A DNA stretch of 64,000 nt from Verrucomicrobiota bacterium. GTDB taxonomy: Bacteria; Verrucomicrobiota; Verrucomicrobiia; Limisphaerales; SXTU01. The notes under the pieces were generated by a model that saw only the letters and a list, made by a program, of their open reading frames with translations, did not search any database and was not told the DNA's origin. The position numbers and the translations under genes were made by a program. The stretch's first letter is position 1, and each line of letters opens with the position of its first letter. Location of the stretch: contig JACRKB010000128.1 in NCBI GenBank assembly GCA_016235545.1, positions 580-64,579 on the forward strand, given 5' to 3'. Shown piece by piece: positions 25,038 through 34,884 of this stretch.

Positions 25038-26828
25038 TCAGTTCCGTGCGAACTGAGCGTGGATGAACCTCGCCCAGCCGCGCAGGCCGCGCTCGGCTGG
25101 CGTGCTGCTGCTTCCCTCCAGCAGCCAGTCGCGGACGGGGATGAAGAAGCCGGTCTTGGGACGGTTGAGCACGGCGGCTGGCAGCGCGCGGGCGGGACTG
25201 AGGGCGAGCGATTGCTTGCCGGGCGGGTGCGAGCTGGCGATCAGCGGGGCGAGCGTGCGCCACAGGTTCACATCCACAAGCGGCACGCGCACCTCGATGG
25301 AGTGGGCCATGCTCGCCCAGTCCGCGTCGCGCAGGAGCTGGTTGCGCATATACCAGACGGCTTCGAGCGAGGAAACTTTCTGGCGCGGCGTGGGCAGGGT
25401 GGTGTGCGTTTCGTCGAGCCGGAGCAATGGTTGAAGTTCGTTCCATCCTGCGCGCACCAGGTCAGGATCGAGAAGGGCCGGCAGTTCCCACGGCATGAAC
25501 ATGCCGCGCCGCAACAAGTATGCGCCGCCGGGCGTGCCGCCGTATTCCAAAAGGCCGGCGTATTTCGGAGATGTTCGCTGTCGCAGCACCGGCGCGGCCA
25601 CCGCTCGAAACGCGCGACCGAGCCATTGCGCGTGGCGGAACGGCGCGAGCCAGCGCGCGGCGCGCGGCACATCGCGGAAGCTCGGATAGCCGCCGAGCAA
25701 TTCGTCACCGCCCAACCCGGAGAGCGCGACCTTCAGCCCTGCGCGACGCGCGGCGAGGCTGACGAAGTATGTGTTGACGCCGTCAGTGGAGGGCTGGTCC
25801 ATCGCCCGCAGGAGCGCGGCGCGTTCGCCGTGAAAATCCTCCTTCGTCACCCAGATGGTCTGGTGCTCAGCGACGTAGTGGCGCGCGACTTCTTCGGCCA
25901 GCGGCACCTCGTCATTCGCGGTGCCTCGAAACTCGGTGAAGCCCAGCGTCACGGTGCGCAGCCGTCCGCCTTGCTCGGACGCCAGGCCCGCAAGCGCGGT
26001 CGAGTCCAGCCCGGCAGACAGGAACACGCCGACGGGCACATCGGCGATTAGGTGGTGTCGCACCGTGTCGGCGAACGCAGTGCGCACGAAGTCCGGTGCT
26101 TGTGCCATGCCATCTGAACCCGCGGCCACGCGGAGAATATCACCCACGCTCCCGTGGGTTCCGCCGTCCCGCGTGCCGTCCGCGCCTGCCCACAGCCAGC
26201 CCCCCGCCGGGAGCGAGCGGATGCCGCGATACAGCGAATACGGCTCCGGCACATGGCCCCAGAGAAAAAAGCCGACTTGTCCGGCGGGGTCCGGCGCGGT
26301 GTCCACATGTCCGCCGGCAAGCAGGGACTTCACTTGCGATGCAGCGCGCAACGTCCGCCCATCATCCGCGATGTAAAGCGGCTTGATGCCAAAGGTGTCG
26401 CGCGCGAGCAGCAGGCCTTGGCGCTGCGCATCCCACAGCGCGAAGGCGAACATCCCGCGCAACTCGCGCAGCATTTCACGGCCCCGCTCTGCATAAAGGT
26501 GCAGCAGCACCTCCGTGTCGCTGTGGGAGCGGAAGCGCCGTCCGCGCGCCTCCAGCCCTGCGCGCAGCTCGCGGTGGTTGTAAATCTCGCCGTTGAAGAC
26601 AATCACCAGCCGGCCATCCTCGGAACTCATCGGCTGCGCGCCTGCGGTGGAAAGATCGATGATGGACAGGCGGCGGTGCGCCAGTCCCACGCGCCGGTTG
26701 TCGGAAAACCAAAGGCCCGCGCCGTCCGGTCCGCGCGCCGTCATCTGGTCGCGCATCCGCAGCAGCTCAGATTCATCCACCGGCGGAGCGGCGGAGGAAT
26801 GAGCAAAGCAGGCGGCGATGCCACACAT
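25038..26828 (-). CDS. asnB: Asparagine synthase (glutamine-hydrolysing) family amidotransferase
   Basis: 596 aa. The N-terminus MCGIAACF carries the Ntn Cys2, and the PP-loop is VFLSAGLDSTALAGL. It is embedded among glycan genes, so it is likely a sugar-carboxylate amidotransferase (WbpS-like) rather than a housekeeping AsnB. Confidence 0.85.
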   Translation of the reverse strand: MCGIAACFAHSSAAPPVDESELLRMRDQMTARGPDGAGLWFSDNRRVGLAHRRLSIIDLSTAGAQPMSSEDGRLVIVFNGEIYNHRELRAGLEARGRRFRSHSDTEVLLHLYAERGREMLRELRGMFAFALWDAQRQGLLLARDTFGIKPLYIADDGRTLRAASQVKSLLAGGHVDTAPDPAGQVGFFLWGHVPEPYSLYRGIRSLPAGGWLWAGADGTRDGGTHGSVGDILRVAAGSDGMAQAPDFVRTAFADTVRHHLIADVPVGVFLSAGLDSTALAGLASEQGGRLRTVTLGFTEFRGTANDEVPLAEEVARHYVAEHQTIWVTKEDFHGERAALLRAMDQPSTDGVNTYFVSLAARRAGLKVALSGLGGDELLGGYPSFRDVPRAARWLAPFRHAQWLGRAFRAVAAPVLRQRTSPKYAGLLEYGGTPGGAYLLRRGMFMPWELPALLDPDLVRAGWNELQPLLRLDETHTTLPTPRQKVSSLEAVWYMRNQLLRDADWASMAHSIEVRVPLVDVNLWRTLAPLIASSHPPGKQSLALSPARALPAAVLNRPKTGFFIPVRDWLLEGSSSTPAERGLRGWARFIHAQFARN

Positions 26829-26867
26829 GGGCGGGAAGCGGGAAGGGGAGCGGGCGGGAAGCGCGAT

Positions 26868-28748
26868 TCAAGCGCCGCCGAGGAAGGGCTGGTATTCCGG
26901 CACGGACTCGCGGATGAGCCGCTTCATCTGGTCCGGCTCGACGATGTGCATCTCGCGCTCCAGCTTCGCGAACTGCTCACACACCTGGTCGAGCCGCGCG
27001 GGCGTGCAGACGAAGCGCATGATCTTCGAGTGGTTCGTGGCCTTGAAGTTCTCGCCGTGATGGCTGAGTTCCTCGAAGAGCTTCTCGCCGGGCCGCAGGC
27101 CGGTGAACTCGATTTCAACGTCCTCGTCCGGCCGCAGCCCGTGCAGCTCGATGAGCTGCCGCGCGAGGTCCACGATTTTGATCGGCTTGCCCATGTCGAG
27201 GACGAAGATTTCCCCGCCCTCGGCCTGGCTCGCGCTCTGGAGGACGAGGCCGACCGCCTCGGGAATGGTCATGAAATAGCGCGTCACTTCCGGATGCGTC
27301 ACCTTCACCGGGCCCCCAGCCTCGATCTGGCGGTTGAAGGTCGGAATCACACTGCCGGAGGAGCCGAGCACGTTGCCGAAACGCACGGCCACGAAGCGCG
27401 TGCCGCCGGGCTTCTGCGCGTGCAACGCCTGGAGGAATATTTCAGCCAGGCGTTTGCTCGCGCCCATGACGCTCGTGGGATTGATGGCTTTGTCCGTGGA
27501 GATGAGGAGGAACTGGCCGGTGCCGAACTCCTGCGCCAGCTCGGCGATGAGTTTCGTGCCCAGCGTGTTGTTCTTCACCGCCTCCGCCGGCTGGTGCTCC
27601 ATCATGGGCACATGCTTGTGTGCCGCAGCGTGGAAAATGGCGTTCGGACGGAACCGGGTGAACACCGCCCGCATGCGGGCCGCGTCCAGAATGTCCGCGA
27701 CCACCGGCACAATGATCCCACCATGCCCGGCTGAGGCCAGCTCCTGCTCGATTTGGAAGAGCTGCACCTCGCAGCGTTCCACCAGCAGAAGCCGCTGCGG
27801 ATTGAAGGCGGCGATCTGGCGGCACAACTCGCTGCCGATGCTGCCGCCCGCGCCTGTGACCATCACCACGCGGTCGTGCAGCAACTGACGGATGTTGTCC
27901 GTCTGCAACTCCACGGGATCACGGCCCAGCAGGTCCTCGATCCGCACCGCGCGCAGCTGGCTCACCTTCACACGACCCGTCGCCAGTTCTTCCATCGAGG
28001 GGACGGTCTCGCACTTGATCCGCGCCTGCTGGGCGAGCGCGAGCACCTCGCGTATGCGCCGTGCAGAGGGGGCTGGCAGCGCGATGATCAGCTCGTCCAG
28101 TTGCCATTCAAATTTCTCCTCAAGGAGCAGGTCCGGCCCGCCCACCACGGGGATGTCATGCACTCGCGAGTTCCACTTTGAACTGTCGTCATCGAAGAAC
28201 ACCACGGGGTTCAAGCCCAGCCCGCGGCGCATCAGCAGCTCCTTCGCGAGGTTGGCCCCGACAAAACCAGCGCCCACGATGGCGACTCGTTTCATCCGCC
28301 CGTGCCCATGGCGCTCCGGGTGCGCCACCTTCTCGCGGTAGAGCCGGAAGAACAGGCGAATGCCCGCCAGCCCAACGAACGAAAGGATGAAATCCACCAT
28401 GATGACACCCCGCGTGGGCGTCCACTCGCTGGCCGTGTCCATCGAGCGGACCACGAGCAGGACAACCGCCCCGCCTGCCACCGCCACGAACAGGAGGAAA
28501 AGATCCCGGATGCCGAAGTAGCTGAGCAAGCCGGCGAACTGCCGCGATGCCCACAGCAGCGCCAGCTTCACCGGCACAATCCACGCGATGGACATCCACA
28601 TCGCCGGCTGATACTCGCCCGGCACGGCAAAATCGAAGCGCAACTGCCACGCAAGCCACAACGATCCAATCAACCCGGCGCTGTAAAGGGCCACCAGTAG
28701 CAGAAAACGCAACTGTGCCCGGTATCGCGGCAGAAAATCTTTCCACAT
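26868..28748 (-). CDS. Membrane-bound UDP-HexNAc 4,6-dehydratase (WbpM / CapD / PglF family)
   Basis: 626 aa with 4 N-terminal TM helices, two Rossmann motifs (VAIVGAGFVGANL and VMVTGAGGSIGSELCRQI) and a conserved GASKR region. Confidence 0.9.
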   Translation of the reverse strand: MWKDFLPRYRAQLRFLLLVALYSAGLIGSLWLAWQLRFDFAVPGEYQPAMWMSIAWIVPVKLALLWASRQFAGLLSYFGIRDLFLLFVAVAGGAVVLLVVRSMDTASEWTPTRGVIMVDFILSFVGLAGIRLFFRLYREKVAHPERHGHGRMKRVAIVGAGFVGANLAKELLMRRGLGLNPVVFFDDDSSKWNSRVHDIPVVGGPDLLLEEKFEWQLDELIIALPAPSARRIREVLALAQQARIKCETVPSMEELATGRVKVSQLRAVRIEDLLGRDPVELQTDNIRQLLHDRVVMVTGAGGSIGSELCRQIAAFNPQRLLLVERCEVQLFQIEQELASAGHGGIIVPVVADILDAARMRAVFTRFRPNAIFHAAAHKHVPMMEHQPAEAVKNNTLGTKLIAELAQEFGTGQFLLISTDKAINPTSVMGASKRLAEIFLQALHAQKPGGTRFVAVRFGNVLGSSGSVIPTFNRQIEAGGPVKVTHPEVTRYFMTIPEAVGLVLQSASQAEGGEIFVLDMGKPIKIVDLARQLIELHGLRPDEDVEIEFTGLRPGEKLFEELSHHGENFKATNHSKIMRFVCTPARLDQVCEQFAKLEREMHIVEPDQMKRLIRESVPEYQPFLGGA

Positions 28749-28759
28749 ATCCAGCTACT

Positions 28760-29782
28760 TCATTGTTGTTGCGCCCGCCGGAAAAGCGTTTCCGCCCAGC
28801 CGAAGAACCCCAGCCACAGTGCGACGACCGCCGCTGCCAGCCAGGGCCGCGCCTCCGGTGCCGCGAGCACGTAGCAGACCATCAGGCCGAGGGCGGCTAA
28901 TTGCAACGCCAGCTCCACGCCCGTCACGAACACGTGGGATTTTCCGGCGCGGATCAGCCTCTGGTAGAAATGCTCGCGGTGCGCCTCGGACCACCGCTCA
29001 CCCCGAGCCACACGGCGTGCGAGCGTGATAGCGGTATCGAGCAGGAAGTTGGCGTGGAGCAGCGCCAGCGGCAGGAGCAGCCAGGGCCCGTGCACGCTTG
29101 CCAGCCACACCGCCAGCGCCGCCAGCATCAGCCCCAGCGGCGCGCTGCTCACATCACCCATGAACATCCGCGCGCGCGGGAAATTATGCGGCAGGAAACC
29201 CGCCGACGCGCCCGCCACTGCCCAGCAAAGCAGCACCGGCGGCGAGGCCCACGCCTCCGCCGCCAGCCCCGTGACCACCGCCATGCCCACACCGGTGATT
29301 GCCGCCTGACCGGCGGCCAGCCCATTGATGCCGTCCATGAAGTTGAACGCGTTCGTGTGGCCGACGAGGCAAAACAACACGAGCGCCATGCCCGCTGCCG
29401 CCGGCAGTTGCACGCCCCCGGCAGCTTGAAACGAAAGCACCACGGACGGCCAACCCGCCACCGCCGCGAACAACACAGCCCCGGTGAGCTGACAGCCGAA
29501 GCGCTGCCATGCGGGCTGAGGCCGGAGATCATCCAGAAATGAAATAACGGCAACCCCCAGCCCCGCCCCGAGCCAAGCGGCCAGCAGCGGGCCACCCGGC
29601 ACCGCCGCAGACGCGACGACCCCCAACGCGAGCAGGATGCCCAACCCGCCGCCGCGCGCCACCGGCTCCGAATGGCTGGACCGCGCGTTGGGCTGGTCAA
29701 TGATGTTCCAGCGCACGAGCAGCCGCCGGACGGGAAAGCCCGCGAGCCAGGAAACCAACGCCGCGCTCAAGAAAAGCCACAT
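28760..29782 (-). CDS. Polyprenyl-phosphate HexNAc-1-phosphate transferase (WbpL/WecA, MraY-like family)
   Basis: A polytopic membrane protein with ISFLDDL and NAFNFMDGINGLA motifs. Start taken at ATG 29782 (MWLFLSA...); the track alternative is 29830. Confidence 0.85.
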   Translation of the reverse strand: MWLFLSAALVSWLAGFPVRRLLVRWNIIDQPNARSSHSEPVARGGGLGILLALGVVASAAVPGGPLLAAWLGAGLGVAVISFLDDLRPQPAWQRFGCQLTGAVLFAAVAGWPSVVLSFQAAGGVQLPAAAGMALVLFCLVGHTNAFNFMDGINGLAAGQAAITGVGMAVVTGLAAEAWASPPVLLCWAVAGASAGFLPHNFPRARMFMGDVSSAPLGLMLAALAVWLASVHGPWLLLPLALLHANFLLDTAITLARRVARGERWSEAHREHFYQRLIRAGKSHVFVTGVELALQLAALGLMVCYVLAAPEARPWLAAAVVALWLGFFGWAETLFRRAQQQ

Positions 29783-29796
29783 CGCGGAAAAACCAT

Positions 29797-30816
29797 TCAA
29801 CTTCTGTGCGGCCCGCCCGCGCGATACCACGCCACCATCTCAGCCAGGCCTGCCTCCGTCGTGACCGGGTGGGTGAACCCGGTGCCGACAAGCTTTGCGC
29901 TGGTGAAATGAGTTTCTTCCAAGAGCGCCGCCAGCCGCCGTGAAGTCAGAGGAGATTTCATCCCAGTCATCCGCTCCACCACGTCCCCTGCCACCGCGCC
30001 CGCCCGGAGCAAGGGCACCGGCAGGGACCGGATTCCACTGTCGCGCCCCAGCGCGCGCGCTATCATCGCTGCGATTTCCTGCACAGAAAAACTTTCCCGG
30101 TCCACGAGATAAAACAGCTCCACCCCTGGCTGCATCCGCGCCGCCAGATGCTCGACGGCGGCGACGACATTTCGCACTGCGACGAGCGACTTGATGTTGT
30201 CGTTCCGCCCGGCGAAAAAAAAACGCCCGCGCGCAATGGCGTCCACGACCGCAAACAGGTTGGCCGTGTTGCCCGGGCCATACACGACAGACGGCCGCAG
30301 GATGATCGCCGCGCGACTGGCGTCCGCCGCTGCCCACTCCCGCACGCACTGCTCGGCGGCCAGCTTGGAGCGGCCGTAGTCCGAGTTCGGCAGCTCGCCC
30401 ACCGGGTCAGCTTCAGTCTGGGCTGCTGTCCCGTGAACGGCTGCCGCCGCTTTGATCGAGCTGAAGAAAATGAAGCGCCGGATTCCCGCCGCCGCGCAAT
30501 CTGCCAGCAGTTGCCGCGTGCCTTGAACATTCACCTCATGGAAAGCCGCCAGCGCCAGCGCATCCGGTCGCTCGACGTGATGGACGGTGGCGAGATGGAG
30601 GGCGCACGCATCCGCCCCGGCCCCGTCCAAACGCACGGTCCGGCCCGCCTGCCACTTCTGCCACGCGAATCCGGTGGGGACACGGGACGGTTGCTTGCGA
30701 GACAACAGGCAGCCGCCCGCACCAGTCTCGGCGAGTCGCGCGGTCAGGTGTCCGCCAATGAACCCGCTCGCGCCGGTGACCACCAAGCGCCGGGGCAGAT
30801 TGGATTCAGCGGCCAT
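29797..30816 (-). CDS. NAD-dependent sugar epimerase/reductase (WbpK-like SDR)
   Basis: Trimmed to ATG 30816 (MAAESNLPRRLVVTGASGFIGGHL), giving 339 aa. It has the catalytic YGRSK motif and is adjacent to the WbpL- and WbpM-like genes. Confidence 0.8.
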   Translation of the reverse strand: MAAESNLPRRLVVTGASGFIGGHLTARLAETGAGGCLLSRKQPSRVPTGFAWQKWQAGRTVRLDGAGADACALHLATVHHVERPDALALAAFHEVNVQGTRQLLADCAAAGIRRFIFFSSIKAAAAVHGTAAQTEADPVGELPNSDYGRSKLAAEQCVREWAAADASRAAIILRPSVVYGPGNTANLFAVVDAIARGRFFFAGRNDNIKSLVAVRNVVAAVEHLAARMQPGVELFYLVDRESFSVQEIAAMIARALGRDSGIRSLPVPLLRAGAVAGDVVERMTGMKSPLTSRRLAALLEETHFTSAKLVGTGFTHPVTTEAGLAEMVAWYRAGGPHRS

Positions 30817-32071
30817 TTGCGACGACCCCATCGAAGACCTGCAGATAGCGCGCCGTGGCCAGCGGGCGATCGTAGTGGGCCTCAAACGCATGTCGCGCGT
30901 TCGCCCCCAGCCGAGCGCGCAACTTCGGGTCAGCGGCGGCCTCCCGCAACGCATATGCCAGCCCGGCGGCGTCCCCTTGCTCGATGACCCAGCCCAGCTC
31001 GTGCCGTTTCACCAGCGCGGGCACATCGCCGTCCGGCGCGCCGTAGTAGAGCACTGGTTTGCCGACGGCCATGATGCCGTAAAGTTTGCTCGGGACCAGG
31101 AGCCCCTCGAAGCCACGCGCGACGGTGACGAGGCAGACATCCGCAGTGTTGAGGCTCTGGTTGAGTTCCTCCTCGGAAACATAGTCGTGAAAAGTGCAAC
31201 TGGTCAGCCCGTGTTGTCTGACTTCATCTTCCAACCAAGACCTGCGACGTCCGCCGCCGACGAATTGAAAGCGCAGCCGCGCATCCTCTTTTACCAGTTC
31301 CAGCGCCTCAACGAGCGTGGCGAAGTCATGGCCTTCGCCGAAGTTCCCCGAGTATTGGACGCACACGCGTTCACCTGCCGCGCGCCCCAGCGGGAAGAGG
31401 CGTCGCCCGTCATGCCAGTTGTCAATCGGCACGACGCGTGCGGCGTCGAGTCGCGGATGGGAGGCGAGGAGCCGTGCTTTCATATGCTCGCCCAACACGA
31501 TGATCGCCGCAGCCCGGTGCAGCCAGCACCCGAAAAGCCAGCCAGCCAATCGCGCGGTGACGGAGTCCGCCCGGAGGATTTTCGAGGCGATGGCGATCTC
31601 GGGATACAAATCCTCGGCCACGAACACAAAGGGGACGCGCCGGAATACGCGCATGAGCCACGCGAGCGCCAGCGAGAAGGGCGGGGCGGAAGTCACCACG
31701 AGGCAGTCCGGCGACGGCAGCCACAGCAGCTTCCAGCCAGATGCGACGATGAAGCTGAGGTAGTTGGCAAGCCGCCCGGCGACGGAGTGCCGGTTGAAGC
31801 GCGCCCCGCCGACACGGTGGATGCTGGCCCCGCCGTGCTCGGCCTGCGGAGGGTAGGTTTCGTCCGCATTGTAGCCGCGCGCGCTGGTGACCACAGTCAC
31901 GCGCCAGCCCCCCTTCGACGCGTCCTCCGCCACCGCCGAGACCATCTGGGACACAGCGGAGTTGTCCGGCCAGAAAACTTGGCAGTGAATCAGGAGGTGG
32001 CGCTGGCTCGCGGACACGCGGGAAAAGGGAAACCGAGACGGGAAGGAGTCGCCGAGAGAGGCGATTGCCAA
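30806..32071 (-). CDS. Glycosyltransferase family 4 (WbuB-like)
   Basis: HLLIHCQVFWPDNSAVSQMVSAVAEDASKGGWRVTVVT is the WbuB-type N-terminus. The track start at 32071 is TTG, and GTG 32017 (VSASQRHLLIH) is an equally plausible start. Confidence 0.8.
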   Translation of the reverse strand: MAIASLGDSFPSRFPFSRVSASQRHLLIHCQVFWPDNSAVSQMVSAVAEDASKGGWRVTVVTSARGYNADETYPPQAEHGGASIHRVGGARFNRHSVAGRLANYLSFIVASGWKLLWLPSPDCLVVTSAPPFSLALAWLMRVFRRVPFVFVAEDLYPEIAIASKILRADSVTARLAGWLFGCWLHRAAAIIVLGEHMKARLLASHPRLDAARVVPIDNWHDGRRLFPLGRAAGERVCVQYSGNFGEGHDFATLVEALELVKEDARLRFQFVGGGRRRSWLEDEVRQHGLTSCTFHDYVSEEELNQSLNTADVCLVTVARGFEGLLVPSKLYGIMAVGKPVLYYGAPDGDVPALVKRHELGWVIEQGDAAGLAYALREAAADPKLRARLGANARHAFEAHYDRPLATARYLQVFDGVVANGR

Positions 32072-32084
32072 GGGCTGTCGCGCG

Positions 32085-33623
32085 TCATGCGTGGCCAGCC
32101 GTCTCCTCTCCTGGACTGGCGGCAGAGGGCAGCGGTGCGACAGGCGCGCGCCAAGAGGTCGCGAAATAGCGCAAGATGATCGGCAGGGCTATGAAGCCCT
32201 GAATGGCGAGGAAAAAGAACATTGTCGTTGCTGAGCCAAGGCCGTTCATGAAAAACGCGAAAACGACCACATAGGTCGCCCTTCCCCCATCGCTCAAGGG
32301 GCCGTTGAAAACCATGCCAATGGCACCGAACAGCCACCCAATCAAAAACATCACTCCCATCACCCCCCAGACCCCGAAGTTGGCATAGGCTTCCGTCAGG
32401 AAGCCAATGCCCATCCGAGTGGTGTCACGTTGCGAGTCCACCAGCAGGCCGTAGTCGAGCGCGAACATGACGTTGGCCTCCTGAGCAATGGGTTTGTCAG
32501 GCCAGATCGCGCGTGGAATCCACCCGTAGAACAGGTAGGAATAGCTTGCCCCTTCATAAAAGGGCAACTCCCCTGGGGTTAGTCCCAAAACGTGAGCAAA
32601 GATGTGGATCATGTCAAACCGGTGGACCGTCCGAACAACCGCGTCGTTCAGGCCATCGGATGTGCTCAGGCTCTTCACCACTGCCGAACTCTTGTCCATC
32701 CAGACAGCCAATTGTTCCGTGACCGTGGGGATTTTCTCCGCAAACCAAACCTCGTTCCGGTAGTCGGCTTTGGCCGAGTTCATCACCAGAATGGCTGCCC
32801 AGCCAACCAACAGCCACACTATGGGAACGCGTTGCCGCGCACTCCAGCGGGCGGCCAGCAGAACGAGCATCGGAGTGAACACAGCCTCCAACATGCCCGT
32901 TCCCGCACCAATCATCGCAAAGGCCGCCACCACGCCATAAAGGATCACCTTGAGGTGGGGCGGTGATTTCGCCCCCGGCGAGAAGACCCGAAATGCCAGC
33001 AAGGCGATGCCAGCTCCAGTGACAAACGTGAACAGCGAAAACAGCTGACCGGGGAGCCGCGCGGCCAAGCTGCCAGCGGTGGCCTGGTTGATCATCTGCA
33101 GGCCGCCCGCGACGCCAAAAGCAATGAAGAGGAAAGTGAAAAACCGTCCGGGTTTCATGGGCAGATCTGCCCGGGGCAGCCAACGTGATAACGGCGACTG
33201 CGGGGCCAAGTAGTAGCCTCCGATCATCGCGGTGATTCCCAAGATGGTGATTTCCAGCGCCCGTCGCATCGTCACCCAATCGAGCGGCGAGTAAGTGTTG
33301 AAAACACGGATGGAGTTCTCATGCAGGAACACAGGAATCGCATAGGCGATCGCATAGGCCACGCACAACAGCTCGAACATAGGTGCCCCGCTGCGGGCAC
33401 CGGCCTGCCACAATGCGAGCGGCAGGAGACACAAGGCCAGCAACCCCATTCCGAGCAGATACACATCTTCGGGCACAGGCTCAGCCTGCCAGTATTGAAA
33501 AACTACCGCGCTGGCGGAGATGACCGCCGCGTAGCCGCCGAGAGCCAGCAACGAATACGCCCGACCCGGCACCGGCGGAGTCGCTGTGGTCGCTGACGTC
33601 GAGGAAGAAGAGACAGCACTCAT
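32085..33623 (-). CDS. O-antigen/oligosaccharide repeat-unit polymerase-like membrane protein (Wzy-type)
   Basis: About 12 predicted TM helices with a large loop and no soluble domains. Start set to ATG 33623, which forms an ATGA overlap with the upstream GT stop. The assignment rests on topology and context only. Confidence 0.6.
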   Translation of the reverse strand: MSAVSSSSTSATTATPPVPGRAYSLLALGGYAAVISASAVVFQYWQAEPVPEDVYLLGMGLLALCLLPLALWQAGARSGAPMFELLCVAYAIAYAIPVFLHENSIRVFNTYSPLDWVTMRRALEITILGITAMIGGYYLAPQSPLSRWLPRADLPMKPGRFFTFLFIAFGVAGGLQMINQATAGSLAARLPGQLFSLFTFVTGAGIALLAFRVFSPGAKSPPHLKVILYGVVAAFAMIGAGTGMLEAVFTPMLVLLAARWSARQRVPIVWLLVGWAAILVMNSAKADYRNEVWFAEKIPTVTEQLAVWMDKSSAVVKSLSTSDGLNDAVVRTVHRFDMIHIFAHVLGLTPGELPFYEGASYSYLFYGWIPRAIWPDKPIAQEANVMFALDYGLLVDSQRDTTRMGIGFLTEAYANFGVWGVMGVMFLIGWLFGAIGMVFNGPLSDGGRATYVVVFAFFMNGLGSATTMFFFLAIQGFIALPIILRYFATSWRAPVAPLPSAASPGEETAGHA

Positions 33624-34813
33624 GTGAGGATCCACGTCGGTGACAGGCCGGATGTCAGGGCACGCATCCGGTCCAGCACCGGAGCGAACTGCCGGTCATA
33701 GCAATAACTCTCTTCAAAGACGCGCCGCGCCGCACGTCCCATGGACTCTCGCCGATCCTCATCATTGAGCATTTCGTTGATGCCCTTGGCGATGCTGGCG
33801 GGGTCTCGCTCGTCTGCACAGGCGCCGCAAGCGTTGGTTGAAACGAGTTGTCTTAACTTTTCGTTTGGCGACACCAGCAGCGGCACCCCGGCGGCAAGAT
33901 ACTCCATCACCTTGTTCGACGCCGTGCCGATATGGACATTGTTGACATGGGTCTGCTCATACAGCGCGTGTCCAACATCGGCGTCCGGGGTGAAGTGCAG
34001 TATCTCGTCGTAGTTGACTGGGGGCAACACCACGAACCGGTCGGCGACCCCCCGCTCGCGCGCCAGCTGATGGAGGGATTTGAGATAGGCCTCGTCGGAG
34101 AGGCCCATCACAACGAAGGCCCAACCGGGCCGCTGCCAGAGTGGCATGGACTGGATGGTCGCCTCGATGGCGTGGCCCCGGCCAATCCTGCCCTGGCGAA
34201 ACACCACCTTCTCAAACCGGTGGCCGCGCGCTTGCAATGCCTCGCGCAGCGTGTGCCTCCGCACCAGTGGCGTCAGGATCGGCGCGTTGGCCGCGACCAG
34301 CGGTGCGCGTCGCAACCGAAGATCCTTGGCAATGACCTCGGCCCGTCCCGCGTCCGGGATCACGACCGCATCCGCCGTGCGCGCGAAGCGCCGCTCGAAC
34401 GCATGGACCACTTGGATGCCTGCCGTCATCCAGCCGGGGTCCGCATAATCGTGGCAGTGATATACGAACGGGCGACCGCGGCGCCATGCAGCGATGCGTG
34501 CCGCCACAAACCCATGCATATCATGCCCCCAAAACAAACCGGCATCACTTCGCGCACGTCCCGTAGCCTCGCGGAGGAACGCGAAAAACTGTGACCATGA
34601 GCCTTTGCCGCGATGGTCCAACCGCACAATCCGCGCCTCCGGCGGGTAGCTCACGCCGTGCGGCCCGCCGGTTTCCCGGCAAAACAGCTCCACCGAGAAT
34701 CCGGCCCGGCACAGCAGGCGAATCGCGTTGACGATGGGCGGGTAAAGGTCCGGGTCATTGTAGAAAAAGCCCTGCACCGTCAACCGCTGCTGCTCGTTGG
34801 TCTCCGTCGCCAT
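33620..34813 (-). CDS. Glycosyltransferase family 4 (GT-B)
   Basis: Trimmed to ATG 34813 (MATETNEQQRLTVQGFFYND), giving 397 aa. The C-terminus has HIGTASNKVMEYLAAGVPLL, an E-x7-E-like region. Confidence 0.75.
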   Translation of the reverse strand: MATETNEQQRLTVQGFFYNDPDLYPPIVNAIRLLCRAGFSVELFCRETGGPHGVSYPPEARIVRLDHRGKGSWSQFFAFLREATGRARSDAGLFWGHDMHGFVAARIAAWRRGRPFVYHCHDYADPGWMTAGIQVVHAFERRFARTADAVVIPDAGRAEVIAKDLRLRRAPLVAANAPILTPLVRRHTLREALQARGHRFEKVVFRQGRIGRGHAIEATIQSMPLWQRPGWAFVVMGLSDEAYLKSLHQLARERGVADRFVVLPPVNYDEILHFTPDADVGHALYEQTHVNNVHIGTASNKVMEYLAAGVPLLVSPNEKLRQLVSTNACGACADERDPASIAKGINEMLNDEDRRESMGRAARRVFEESYCYDRQFAPVLDRMRALTSGLSPTWILT

Positions 34814-34884
34814 GATCTGTGCTTCCACTGATTGTTGGTGAAAAACCTGCCCGGCTGGCTGGCCTGAACTCTGAATCCGCCCTC

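Noticed and set aside
25038-26828. Second Asn-synthetase homolog as a possible second lasso cyclase
   Set aside because: It retains the glutaminase Cys2 (MCGI), has no adjacent B1/B2/precursor genes, and sits between a GT4 and a WbpM-like dehydratase. That is more consistent with a sugar amidotransferase.
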